Origin: Camelus dromedarius
Lineage: Eukaryota
Direction: 5' to 3'
Assembly (NCBI RefSeq): GCF_036321535.1
Contig: NC_087438.1
Span: 4,960,001 to 5,024,000 of the forward strand
Length of the DNA: 64,000 nt
In this document: positions 36,851-49,290 of the stretch, one piece after another
Layout of the letters: every line of letters begins with the position of its first letter
Position numbering within the stretch: the first letter of the stretch is position 1
Program-made: the position numbers and the translations under genes
The notes under the pieces: model-generated
Database searches by the model: none
What the model was told of the DNA's origin: nothing
What the model saw: the letters and a program-made list of their open reading frames with translations, nothing else

Positions 36851-37467
36851 TGCAGAAACTTTGCAAACTGCTAACCTTGTTTTTCAAATGGCTATTCTTA
36901 TAAACACATTTTTTTTCCTATATATACTCCTTAGTAGAAAGAACTGAGGTGTGAACTGGGGAAGTCTCCACAGCAAGCCCGTCGCATCCCCGACTTCGTT
37001 CATGCTCCTCATGGCCCCCGACCACTGCCCAGATGGAGGAGTGGGGAGAACAGAAGAGGAACCCCCACCCCAACCCTGATGCTGCTGCTCAGGGAGCTGG
37101 CCCCCCCAGGGCTGCAGCCGTATGGCTCCTCTGAGCTCTGCGCTGAGCAATGAAACTGAGCACTCCGAGGACAGAAGCCCAGGACTGGGAATCCGAAGAT
37201 GAGAAAGGGATCGCCAGTGCCTTCTCTCCAATCAATTATTTAACACAAAGTCTATCAGGAAATCTAGGTGTACATACCCTTAAAGAGGACGTACTCAACT
37301 TACCAAACAGAGTATCAAATGTCCACTAAGTTCTTTCTAAAAGATGAAGTGTTTCTAGTGTCTTTGATGTCTGATGTATGAGTTAACAAAGCATTGCTTT
37401 AGACTATGTGCGGAGAGCTGCTAAGGAAACAGATGTGGGAAAGGGGTTAATAAAAGTGTTTAAGAAT

Positions 37468-37615
37468 GGGGAGGTGGGCAGGGGATGGCTCAGTGGTAGA
37501 GTGAGTGCTTAGCACGCACGAGGTCCTGGGTTCAACCCCTGGGCCCTCCATTAAAAAAAAAAATCAGTCAGTCAATCAATCAATCAATCAATCAATCAAA
37601 TTACCTCCCAGCAAC
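37468..37615 (+). mobile_element. Vic-1-type SINE with a (TCAA)n-expanded tail
   Basis: A box tggctcagtggtaga and B box gggttcaaccc, then A-run, (TCAG)/(TCAA)n at ~37564-37598 and 'aattacctcc'. Confidence 0.88.
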
Positions 37616-37935
37616 TGGAGAAAAAGAATTTAAAAAACATTTTGAGCACTGAAGTCCACATTCTGGAAGTTTTATACAGTCCTTCTTGTTTAAACTCCAC
37701 AGTAGGTTTCATATCCATTTTAAGGAAAGGGTATAGATGCTCAGAATAATCGACTAATTTGGCCCGTATTACACAGCCAAAGTGGAAGTCTGGGTTCCAG
37801 GCCTCCGTGCCCTTGGCCCCATCCCGGGGTCTCATGCCCCCACAGGCCCTCCCACTGAGCGTCTAGAGCCTGTCCTCAGGGGCAGCAGGCCTTCACTGTA
37901 ACTGTCTTGCATGTCATTTTTATGACCTCTCTTTA

Positions 37936-38577
37936 TTTATTTTTTAACATTTTTATTGATTTATAATCATTTTACAATGTTGTGTCAAATTCCAGTGTAG
38001 AGCACAATTTTTCAGTCACACATGAACATATATATATTCATTGTCACATTTTTTTCTCTGTGAGCTACCATAAGATCTTGTGTATATTTCCCTGTGCAAT
38101 ACAGTATAATCTTGTTTATCTAGTCTACAATTTTGAAATCCCATCTATCCCTTCCCACCCTCCGCCCTCTTGGCAACCACAAGCTTGTATGCTATGTCTA
38201 TGAGTCTGTTTCTGTTTTGTATTCATGCTTTGTTTTTTGTTTTTGTTTTTGTTTTTTAGATTCCACATATGAGCAATCTCATATGGTATTTTTCCTTCTG
38301 TTTCTGGCTTACTTCACTTAGAATGACATTCTCCAGGAGCATCCATGTTGCTGCAANNNNNNNNNNNNNNNNNNNNNNNNNNNNNNNNNNNNNNNNNNNN
38401 NNNNNNNNNNNNNNNNNNNNNNNNNNNNNNNNNNNNNNNNNNNNNNNNNNNNNNNNNNNNNNNNNNNNNNNNNNNNNNNNNNNNNNNNNNNNNNNNNNNN
38501 NNNNNCAGGTGTCATCCTGAAGTAGGGTTCCTTCTGGATATAAGCCCAGGAGAGGGATTCCTGGGTCATATGGTAAG
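37936..38577 (-). mobile_element. Young 5'-truncated L1 with a perfect 16-bp TSD
   Basis: TSD ttatgacctctcttta at 37920-37935 and 38578-38593, with a T-rich tail on the left. The - strand encodes ORF2 C-terminal residues (PYDPGIPLLGLYP...ILSEVSQKQKEKYHM). Confidence 0.92.
38357..38505. other. Assembly gap (149 N)
   Basis: Run of N. Confidence 0.99.
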
Positions 38578-39214
38578 TTATGACCTCTCTTTAAATTGCA
38601 ATCCAATGAACAGCCTTTGAGTGTCTCTAGCGCCTACCGGGTTCCAAGTAGACCCCTTGCCCTGGCAGCTCTGCTGTGTCTGGGGCAGCTCCACGGATGT
38701 TGGAACCAAGCTTCAACATCTTTCTCCTACTGTGCAATCAAAATTCTCTGCACACTTTGTAATGTGTTAGTCTTCTCAATGGAGCCTACAGAGATGGGAA
38801 ACCAGTGGGTAAAACCACATCTGAGTTTAGTTGTTTTTTTTAGAGCAGGAGAGGGAGTAAGCCATCTCTTACTGTCTACCTCCCATTTAAGCCCTGCTTC
38901 GCCTTTTAAAATTTTATAAAACAAGCAGCCAACTCCGCTTGCTTTCTTTTTTGGACCCAGAGTTCCTTAGATCTGTTCCCTCCCCCACCACAGGAGTCAG
39001 GTTTCATCTTCCCCTGTGCTCCTCCATCCAGAAATTGAAGGGCAGGCACCTGCTTTTCTTTCTGTGCGGATGCTGAAGTCTGCCCAGCTGAATCATGTTT
39101 GAAAGCTTCATTATTCCTTTTTGGCATAATAAGGGCCTTAGATTGAAACAGAATATCTAATTGCACTGGAAGGGGAAATATCTGCATTCATTTATAAAAC
39201 ATCCTCCTGGTAGC

Positions 39215-39216
<2 letters not shown>

Positions 39217-39258
<42 letters not shown>
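39217..39258. repeat. (CA)21 microsatellite
   Basis: Perfect CA run. Confidence 0.97.
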
Positions 39259-39259
<1 letters not shown>

Positions 39260-39411
39260 TCTGCTCAATGAACTAGAGCCCTCCCAGATTCACTCCCATC
39301 ATTGCAGAAATTGTAAAGATAACACACACACACACACATACATTCTGCTTAATGAACTAGAGCCCTCCCAGATTCACTCCCATCATTGCAGAAATACTAA
39401 AGGTAACACAC
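39257..39411. repeat. 84-bp tandem duplication
   Basis: cattctgct(c/t)aatgaactagagccctcccagattcactcccatcattgcagaaat..taaag.taacacac starts at 39257 and again at 39341. Confidence 0.95.
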
Positions 39412-39650
39412 TGGGGCCAAGAGAGTTGGGAAGCCAGGGATAGGCAGCTTTTTTGTTCTTGTTTCCTAACTAGTGTTAGAATAAAAAAACTCTTGGAGGG
39501 CTGAGCGGACGGCAGGGGCCAGCTCCAGTGAAGGCATGCTGGAAGATTCATTAGAGAGCCAGCAGGGGCCAGAGCAAAACCTCACTTAAGTAATTGCAAG
39601 GCACTAAAGAGATTTGCAATTTCTTTTCATTTTCTTCTTCCAAGTTTTAG

Positions 39651-39723
39651 GATCGAAGCGGAGGCGTCAGGCCTCCAGGGAAGATCAAAACAGGGCCCAG
39701 CTGAGGGCGAGTGAGGATTCCAG
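39651..39723 (+). other. Candidate exon (phase-1 open frame SKRRRQASREDQNRAQLRASEDS)
   Basis: Long polypyrimidine acceptor ttcttttcattttcttcttccaagttttag|. Donors at GA|gtgagg (39710) or CAG|gtgatg (39723). CpGs retained. Confidence 0.25.
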
Positions 39724-40719
39724 GTGATGATCAGAGCAAAGCAAGGTCTGAGCAGTAAACAGTGGGGTTGCCTTAACTCTCCCCAGGTGAGCTTGTGATC
39801 AGTCAGGAGCTACTGGCCTCTCCTTTAATTTAATCTTCAGCTAGCCCTACTGAGGACAGTTCACCCAACGTTACGTAACAGCAACTCTCAAGGGAAGTTC
39901 GGCCTCGCTGCGGAATTAATTAACATCCTTGAAGCCCTGGAGGGACCTCTGCCCCAAATGGGAAGGAGAACGTTACTCAGGGAATATTATGTTTTATTTT
40001 TCTTCATGAGTTAAGAGAAAAGAGGGGAATGTTGAGCTTCGTGGAATGGAAGAAACACATACAACTGAACACTGTAATTGCAGTATATAGGGCAGGCTCG
40101 CTCAGCAGGTGGATTTATTACTGCATGAAATTTTTTTCTATACATTTCAGAGTCTATATTTATAGGATCAAAGACAAGGGTTTTTTTTTAATTTTATAGT
40201 TATAAAAATATTGAGAATATCCTTGAACTTCTTGTGGTTATGAAAGTACAAAAGTATACTCTGATTCCAGGTGGAATTGACGGACTTGGGCACACAATGT
40301 GGGCTCTTGAAAACTCATTCAAACTTCCATATTTTTTTTTAAAAGAGATTTGGTGTTAATACTGAGAATGTAGGCAATCAAAGCAAAAGCGTGGGCTTGG
40401 AAAGACATTCAGAGCTTTGGGCATGGCCTCAGGTGAGAGAGATGGTCCTTCCCGGAATCTGTCTTAAGAAAATGTAGCCGGAAAAGAGAGCTGGAAAAAC
40501 ATCTGCATACTTCATGTGGCTGGTGAGCTTTGAGAGTATAATGCCATCAAGTCTGGGCTTTGTCATGGGCAGGTTACAGTCCACACGCGACCCACATCCC
40601 ACGTGAAAACTGACCAAAGAATTAGAACAAGCTTTGACCAAGGGCAACCATTTCCTTCTACTAAGGGCAACCCAAAATGGTAAATCTCCAAGAAATGAAT
40701 GAAGGAAAAAGGATTTTTC

Positions 40720-42200
40720 CCCCTTTAGTTGAAATATTTAGTAAGATAATTGTGCATTTATAGCATTTGTAAGCAATAGTACAGACACCCTGTGTACCCT
40801 TTACCCAATTTCCCCCAGTGGTGACTTAGAAAGTAGAGTCCAATATCGCTGTATTGACATTGATACAATTTGCCCATCTCATGGCAAATTCCCCAGTTGT
40901 CCTCATTAGTCCCTGTGTGTGTTTAGTTCTGTACATTTTCATCACGTGCGCATCCACTACACTCTAGATACAGGGTAGTTCTGAATCCCTCTTCTTTCTC
41001 TTTGAAAACCACCCCCACTTTTTTGCCAACCCACCCCATCCATCGCTCCTCCCATTTCCTAAGACTTGGCAACCACCAATATACTCTGCATTTGTAAATT
41101 TTTGTTATTTTAACAATGTTCTGTAAATGGAATCATAAATTGTGTAACTTTTTGATTGGCTTTTTTCACTCAAAATAATTCATTAAAGATTGATCCAAAT
41201 TGTTGGGTGAATAGCAACAGTTTGATCCTTTCTGTTGCTGAGTGGCATTCCATGGTATGGATGTACCAAAGTTTGTTTAGCATTCATCTATTGAATGATC
41301 TCTGTGCTGTTTCCAATTTGGGGCTATTTATGAATAAAGCTATGATGAATGTGTATAGTTTTGGTGTAAACATAACTTTTTATTGCTTTGGAAAAATGCC
41401 CACAGATACAATTGCTGGATTGTGTTGTATTTGCATGTTTAGTTTTATAAGAAGCTTCTAAACTGTTTTCCGGAATGGTTGCACCACTTACATCCCCACC
41501 AGCAAGGCATGAGTGGTCCATTTGCTCCCCATCCGTGCCAACATTTGATGTTGTCTTTATTTTTCATTTCAGCCATTCTAATAGGCGTGTAGTGACAGCT
41601 CGTCGTGGTTGCAATTTGCATTTCTCTGAAGGCTAATGGTGCTGAGCATCTTTCCAGGTGCTCATTGGCCATCTGTGTATCCCCGTTGCTGACACACTGT
41701 TAGGGTCTCACACATTTCTATTTGCTATTGTTTTTGTTTATTTTTTACTGCTGAGTTTGAGAATTCTTTATTCTAGATATTAGTCTGTTGTTGAATATGT
41801 GGTTTGCATTTTCTCTGAGCCTGATGCTTGTCCTTCAACCTCTTTATATGATCTTTCACAGAGAACAAGTTTTTAATTTTGATAAAGTCTAATTTAGCAA
41901 TTTTTCTTTTTGTAAATTTTGTTTTGGCAGCAAGTCTATAAACTCTTTACCTACAACCCAAAGTTTTTCTCTTAGGATTTTTTAAAAAGTTTTATAGTTT
42001 TAGGGTTCACATTTAAGTTTGTGATTCATTTCAAGTTAATTTTTGTCTGAGGTATGAGGTTTAGTCGAGCTTCCATTTTTTTGCCGGTGGCTGTTCGTTT
42101 TCTCCAGCACCATTTGCTGAGAAGCCCATCCCTCGTCCCCCTCCACTAAATGGTTTTGTATTTGTGTCTATTTCTGGGTTCTGTATTCTGTTCCATTGAT
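40720..42200 (-). mobile_element. L1MB/MC-type 3' region
   Basis: Antisense L1: 'ttgctgagtggcattccatggtatggatgtacc', 'ggttgcaccacttacatccccaccagcaa', 'ttttccagcaccatttgctgaga'. Confidence 0.88.
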
Positions 42201-43567
42201 CTATGAAAGGAGAAGTATAAGAGTTTTCTTAACTATCGAATTATACATATAGGAGACTAAAGTTGGACACTTATTAATCATATTTTGCATAGAGGAATGA
42301 AATTTCCCTTTCTTTTTTCAAAATCAAATTGAACTGTACAACCTGCTAGCAAGTTGACTATGAACAGTGAGAAGAAAAATCCATATTTTGTGCTCAAAAT
42401 CATAAGAATATCTATGATAATAAGATGTAAGGGTCTATATACGCATTCACACACATACAGATGGACACGATTCTTTAAGGAAAAAAACTAGTGCATAAGA
42501 CCAACACTTCCGCAGCCTACAAAGAGCTTGGAGAACACTGCCGTCCAAGAGGTGAAACAGTGAAATCTGTACTTATAGAGATTATCATCTCACTGCACAG
42601 TTTCTTTGAATGACGGGCTGTCTTTCGAGTCGAAGCAGAATACTTAGTAAGTTTTTAACTAAATATGAAAATTGAGAAGGAGAGATTTAATTGCATCACG
42701 TTTTTATAGGTTGATGACACTGGCCATTAATATCATCCAAACAGCATTCCGAGTGTCCCTAATGTGCTTTTATCACACTCACGAAATACCTTCCAATTTC
42801 TCTTCATTTCCCCTGCAGCTTCTCCATCTCCTTGCACCCACCTGCTAACGTAAAAGCAGCAGTTTACTGGCCATTTCTGTTCCCACTTTAGTTACCACCT
42901 GGCCTTCTGGTGTACACATCAGTCCCTTCCGACTTCTGTATAGTCCTTGCTGCCCTCCAACCCCAGGTTCGCTGATAAAAATTGATTTCTGCACCTGCAC
43001 AGCTGAGGATCCGGCCCCTGGCGCTGACCACCCCCCCAGGTGGCTACCCTGCGAGACCTGCCTTGACTCCAGCTCCCCTTTCCCCCTGGTTATCATCTCA
43101 TGTAACGCCTCTCGGTCACTGCCACAGGCTGTATACTGAGATGTGGGGAAAATGATGGGCTGCTGAAAGTCAGAGCCCAAACTATCCACTAGCCAGCAAA
43201 GGATGTTTAGGGTTACGCACTCGTGTACTTGACTTCTGCCTCCTACTGACTGGTCAGCTTCATCTGGTCCATTTGTCTGCCCTCCTGCAAAACAACTTTT
43301 CACTAGAAAAGTTGGCAGACACTCCTGGACTTCTTGGTCCGTTTCATTTTGCGTTGGTAACATTGTTCAGAGTGAACTGAATCCGCTGCCTAGAACATTT
43401 TGTGTTGATTACTGCCAAGTAACTGTCTTTTACAGATTGTCCACCTTCATCTGCAAGCACTTTTTATTAAAGCTGTATTTTTACCAGACACAGGATTTTT
43501 TAAAGTGTTCCTCTTTCCTACTTGTAAGGAAATATAACACTACCCTTTCTGGCATGAGTCTTTTGTG

Positions 43568-43740
43568 CAATGACTGCTGTTCAAAGTGTGGTCCACAGGT
43601 TGCTGGCATCCATAAATCATTTGTTACTACCACCACCACCCCCCAGATAAGTACAGAAAGTGCCAGTATTTGGAAAGTTTTATAGCAACTTAACATTACC
43701 GTGGCACCCACGAGCATGAGTTTGTATTTCACAAAGTCAT
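43568..43740 (+). mobile_element. hAT-Charlie-type MITE fragment
   Basis: 'ctgttcaaagtgtggtccacagg...agataagtacagaaa...aaagttttatagcaacttaacattaccg'. Confidence 0.6.
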
Positions 43741-44199
43741 CAGTCCATCATGAATGGGAAATAAAGATTTTGGTCTTTGCCCACAATTAGTTAAGAGGTG
43801 TATCTGTAAGATACTATCTTTAAAGTAATTATTATGAGACTTTCTCAGGCAGGTTTGTATTTCCTTTGTGCTAATGCCTAAAAGTACAAACTAAATGTTA
43901 TTTTAATTTTTACAGATTTTTTTAATCCAGTCAAATCCCCTTTGATTTGAATTATCTACTAATAGGCAGATGTTTGGATAAAAATAATAATTAAGATGCC
44001 AGAGGCTTAAAATAAAAAGTCCTCTTTGTCTCATAGTTAACCATTTCTATTCAATGCATTCATCTTTTTCATCAGTACCACTGAGTAACTGTATTTGGAT
44101 CAAGGTTTTGCATTACCTTCTGGATGTATTGGTTCTCTGTACCAAGTACAAGGATCTAATACGAGGTGGATTCCTAGAAGCTGTACTTTTTATAAGTTA

Positions 44200-44830
44200 T
44201 CTTTATTATTTCACTTATTTTCTGATCAGCATAAAAATTTAGGAGAAAGGTATGTTTGGGAGAGTCATAAAAGGTTAATAAGACATCATTCACCGGACAA
44301 TATGTATTCATTGTATAATGAAAATTATTTCAATGAGAATGCTGTGAACTCCTAGTGTATGAGAGATTTGTACGAGGTGCTGCGAGAGAGTCAAAAGAAA
44401 TGGATGAAGGAGCACCATATGCAACGTGTGCATCAACGTGGGAAGAGTTCAGAGTAAGGGAGAGGTGACCCTGGAACAGGGTTAATTTAAGAAGTCTGCT
44501 AATATGGTCAGAACGTTCAGCCTGGCTTTCAAAGCACCTGCAGGATTTGAATTGGCAGAGAGACAACAGCTGACAGACATCCAAATTGGATTTTGGAAGT
44601 GGGAGATGAGCCGCAGCTGGGGTTTGGCAATCTGAAGGACAACTGAAGGAAAAAGAGACCGGTGTGATTAGAACTAAGGGTGGATCGGGGGGACTCGTAA
44701 AGGGGAGAGTGGATAGTTGTCAGACGTGTTTAATGATAACCTGGATGTCCAGACTGGAGGCTTTTAGCTTTGAGCCAAAAAAGCAAATGGGAAACCCGTT
44801 TAGAAGGAGAGCTGTGGAATGAAGGCCGTA
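44200..44830 (-). mobile_element. LINE-2 fragment
   Basis: Purine-rich antisense L2-like sequence ('ttggattttggaagtgggagatg...gaaggagagctgtggaatgaagg'). Confidence 0.45.
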
Positions 44831-46195
44831 AGTATTACACACCCTGTGTGTGTTCCTCACTCAGATCTTCAGATGGATGTCGTGGTTACTGCAGATTTAA
44901 GCTCGAAAGCTCTTGAGTGTGAGTCAAGTGTCACTGTCAAAGACCCATTTTTAAATTTTTAAATTACTCTGGTGCAGAACATGGGAATGATCATCAGAAC
45001 TCGAGAGTTATATTTGCTCTCCAGCAAACACGGTCAACTACATAATTATTGCCGCACTGTATAATTTAGAGCTAAGGGTATGTATGGTTTTACATTACTA
45101 CTGAAAAAAAAAAAAACTAAAACAAGAAAAAAAGGAAAGAAAAGAGAAAATTGTAAGTAATTTGGAAGTGAAAAGATATTGCTAAAGGTATATAACAGAG
45201 ATCTGCCTGCAAGTTCCAAACCTGAGTGGCCTGCCAAAGAACATGAGAACAGGCCTATTGAAAATGACTCAGAATTCCACTGCTCAGATGCAACACGGTC
45301 CAGTGCATGCATTAGGTTATTTTTTTTAAAAAAATCAGAAGTGATGGAAAAACCCTTGCATTGCTCTAGGAAAGTTACCTGATCCAGTCTCTGTGATATT
45401 TTGTTGCATATGTTGCCATCATTAATTTCATGTAAGAAATTTTTCATTCTGTTTGGCTTTTTCTACTGAATAAATTTTATCATGAATGTAAGACTGGAAT
45501 TAGTTCAACCTTATAGGAAACACATTAACATGACAAATATGTGTGACTTTGAAAATAGACATTCTTAGGCTCAGACAGAAGCATTAAAGCATTCAGCCTT
45601 GGTTTTTAGCAGTATACTAAGATGCTGCCAGTGTACAGCCCATCCTCCAAAATTTTAACAAATTTCCCAATACCTGTGGCGAAGTATCAGCTGCAGATGT
45701 GACTACATTTCTTTATAGATGCAGAAGTTATTCTCAAGAGTAAGAAGTTATTTGTACTATCTACACTGAAGCCAACAGAGTTCTCAGGACCGAGAATCTT
45801 TGCCCAGAAATGAACAGGTTTTTGAAGGATCAGGCTTAGGCACCTACGGAAGAGTGGGGTTTAGTGGCAGAATTACTAGCTGCTGCTGAATGACACAGAG
45901 AAGTCAAGGTCCATCCACCACGCCGTCCACCCGTGCAAGAGGGGAGGGTGTGGGTAAGGATGGGGCAGTCGTCATCATTGTATTTGAAGGATTAACAACC
46001 CCTTTTTCCAATTGTTGATCCATTACAATGTTGCATTAAGTAAATATTTGAGCCACCCCAGGTTAATTATTGCTTCTTAAACCATTTTCATCAGAATAAG
46101 CGTGTGTCTGCATTTAACTGCATCCTAGAATGTATCCGCCTTTAGAGTCAGAATGTTATGTCTCTTGTGCAAACCCAGGTACTCTGCAGAGTTAC

Positions 46196-46278
46196 CTGAG
46201 TCTGGCCACAAAGCTGCCCACGTTGGAATACCGCTCTGTAAATGCAGCCTCTCTGCAGGAACTCTGTTCCCCATGCAA
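46196..46278 (-). other. Candidate 83-nt exon
   Basis: On the - strand: acceptor tttttcaaacccattttcag| and donor CTCAG|gtaact. All three frames are open. Confidence 0.25.
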
Positions 46279-47369
46279 CTGAAAATGGGTTTGAAAAACT
46301 CAAAGCATCTGTTGGGTGTTTTCTCTAAAAAAAAATAAAATAAAAAGAGCAATTTTCACACTTCCCCCTCAAATTCCTCCTCAGATCACACAGTTCGTTT
46401 GTAGAATGCTACATAATCCTTGCTATCGCCTCATACCTGCTTTTAGCTGAGGCCACTTTTAACACACTGTTTTAGTGCTTGCAGGTCACATTAAGTAAGC
46501 GGTTTGGGAGGAGTTTATAATAAAAGATGTGGAGAAGATTACATGTATTTATTTCTCTTTTAATATCTTTCATATTGGTGGCAAAGATGCTGTTTGCTTC
46601 AGTTAATGAAAACACTTCAAATAAGATAAATCCTTGAAAGATGGACAAGTAGAAGGACCACACCGCAGGAAGGTGTGCAATTTCCCATCCTGCTGATAGG
46701 GCTTTTACTCTAACAAGATGTATTTTCTCACTGGATGGAGGCTCAAATAAATTATCAAGTGATTAATTAAGTTCCTAACGAGGCTATTCTGTTCTTCTGT
46801 CTCATGGAAATTGCCACGCAAGACAAGCTGACATGGTTTATGGTCCAGGAGCCTGGTGGCACTGTCTCTCTCTTTGCTGCCTAGGCTCTCCTGACCATGG
46901 CATCTAGGTAGGGAGGCATCAGAATTTGCATTTTCTAAGGCACCTGAAGGTCTTCTACATAAAATCAAGAGAAAACAATACTGTGCATATTTCACCTCAA
47001 CAGGGGTAGGTAGTTTGTTCAGTTTCATTTTGTAACACAAACATGTCATTCTTATTTTATTCGTAAATGTTGAAAAGGTGTTGTAATAAGTAAGGAATCA
47101 AGGCTAAGCATTCAATCCAATTGAATTTCCTGAAAGAGATTCCCAGAAAAACTTCTAAAAGCAAGAGCAATTAAAAAAAAGAAAGAAAAAGGAAAGCATG
47201 AAAAGAAGCATCATTTAACAGATGTGACATAATAGTTATTGGGAAATAAAATAAACATGAGAAAACGTCAGTCTACCATTTCAAAGTCAAGGGTGAAGTC
47301 AGTGTCTAATAAATCATGCAAATCCAAACCCGTAACCAAGTTCTTTTTGGCAACGAAAAGTGTTATCAA

Positions 47370-47633
47370 ATGAGAGGGAGTGATTTCAAGATGGTACAAA
47401 GATGAAGGAAGACCATGGACCAACGCACACGGGTGGCTTCTAGAAGCTGGAATAGATAAAGGAATGGACTTTCTCCCAGAGCCTGGATAAGGAACGTAGC
47501 TTCCGGCACCTGGATTTTAGCCCAATGAGCCCCACGTCAGCCCTCTGACCTCTGACTGTGGGATGAGACATCTGTGCTGTTTAAAGCTATTGCCTGTGTT
47601 AATTTGTTTCAGCAACCATAGAAAACGAACACA
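47370..47633 (+). mobile_element. MaLR MLT1 LTR 3' half
   Basis: 'ggcttctagaagctggaa...ttctcccagagcc...gattttagcccaatgag...aatttgtttcagcaaccatagaaaacgaacac'. Confidence 0.75.
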
Positions 47634-48211
47634 CCTATCAAAATCAAAATGCACAAAGTCTGAAACACAAATTGCTGCTTGACTATCTTCGTTGAAAAAA
47701 ATGTGCTTTTCATTGACTAGCTAAAAAAAGGAATTTCTTGAGAAGTTCTGACATGCAATTGTCTCTTGATGACAAGTGGATAGATTCCTTCCAGATGGAG
47801 GGGAGACTGATGGGGCATCTCGGGATGCAGGCAGGGGAGCCACCATGTTGCTGATGGAGCTAACCGGGCAGCAGTGGCGTCAACATCAGCCTGGTCACCT
47901 CTGCATGAACAAGACAGCAGTGAACCTCAGGCCACAGGGAGGTAAACCTACGGTGATTTTCTGTGCTAAGGAATCTTCTATTGACAGCATCCTGGCTTTC
48001 CCGAGACCCTCTCAGTTTCCTCTTTACTGACCATGTGACTCCAACCTGAGACAAGTGGGACCCTGCATGGCCCGGGTCACTGTACATGGTAGAGATGTGC
48101 CGTGGGAACCAAGCCAGCAGACCATCCAGCCAATGAGACACAATTGCCACACTTTCATCTGTGCCATCAGCAGGAGACCTTTCTTCTGATGTTGCATAGC
48201 CAATAAGATAA

Positions 48212-48564
48212 TGCAATGGACTGAATGTCTCTGTCTCCCCTAAATTCAAATTTTGAAACCTGAATCCCAATGTAATGATACTAGGAGGCAGGGGACTCTG
48301 GGAGGTGATTAGGTCATGAGTGTGGAGCCCCAGTGATTGGAATTTAGTCCACATCATAAAAGTGGTCCCAGAGAGCTAGCTAGCCACTTCGGCCACGTGA
48401 GGACAAAAGGGGAAGCCTGCGACAGGAAAGAGCGCCCTTACCTGACCACACTGACATCCTGATCTTGGACTTCCGGCCTCCAGAACTGGGGGAATAAATT
48501 TCTGTTATTTGTAAGCTGCCCAGTCTGCGGTACTTTGTTACGACAGCCTGAACTGACTAAGACA
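48212..48564 (+). mobile_element. MLT1A-type LTR, complete
   Basis: tgcaatggactgaatgt...gatcttggacttccggcctccagaact...aataaatttctgttatttgtaagc...gaactgactaagaca. Confidence 0.9.
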
Positions 48565-49076
48565 GATGGGTTGTAATCCCGGAGCTGGGAGCAGCCAGCC
48601 TGAGGTCATTAGGAAGCAGTCTGGCCCTTCTGAAAATGAAGCCAATGCCAAAGGAAGCGGAACTGAAAAAGAGAGTGAGACTGAGAAAAACCTGATGACA
48701 TCATCGGGGCCCAGGGATCCTGTCACCCAGACCCTTGGACTCTCAGCCTTGTGGACCAAGACGTCTCTTCAAATTCACTGTCAACCAGAGTCCCCCACGG
48801 GAAGGAAACGATATATACGTTCTCTTTCCAATTATACACACACAGACGTACACGCCATCGCTGCCAGAGTGGGCGCTCACACATACAAACGGGACGTTCC
48901 AAAGGATGAGACAGAATGAAAGAGGCTGAAGGAGCAAAGGTCAGCGACAGCTCTCTAAGCAAATTCATAATGAGAAGTCTCTGATATTTAAGAGGATGAA
49001 AGTAAGCCAAGTGATGCGTCCAAAAGAAATTCAGACCTATCGCCCACCTCGAAGGAAAGTGGAGAAACAGTGGCAA

Positions 49077-49090
49077 ATTGCCATGGCAAC
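49077..49090. promoter_or_regulatory. RFX X-box (ATTGCCATGGCAAC)
   Basis: 13/14 match to the palindromic GTTGCCATGGCAAC consensus. Confidence 0.55.
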
Positions 49091-49149
49091 CACAGCGTTA
49101 GATGTGCATAAATCTCCCAACTTCAAAAAGTGTTGTCTGTTTAGTTTAC

Positions 49150-49290
49150 AATTCACTGGGAGGCACCCTTGGTTACAGATAGGGTGGGATAGTTTTATCC
49201 CCATTTTACAGATGAGGGAGCCAGTGTTTGGAGCTGTTACATGTCCAGGCCTTTGGTCCAGGGATGTTCATGCTTTAGCCTTTGCACCTG
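49150..49290 (-). mobile_element. MIR
   Basis: 'ttttatccccattttacagatgagggagcc'. Confidence 0.7.

Noticed and set aside
38256-38620. ORFs containing X runs (also 7367-7591 and 57875-58534)
   Set aside because: These are artefacts of translating through N gaps. The real residues at 38256-38606 are L1 ORF2.
3389-47325. Several ATGCAAAT octamer motifs (~3390, 12584, ~24673, ~25742, ~47317)
   Set aside because: The count is near chance expectation for AT-rich DNA, several lie within repeats and they are not clustered.
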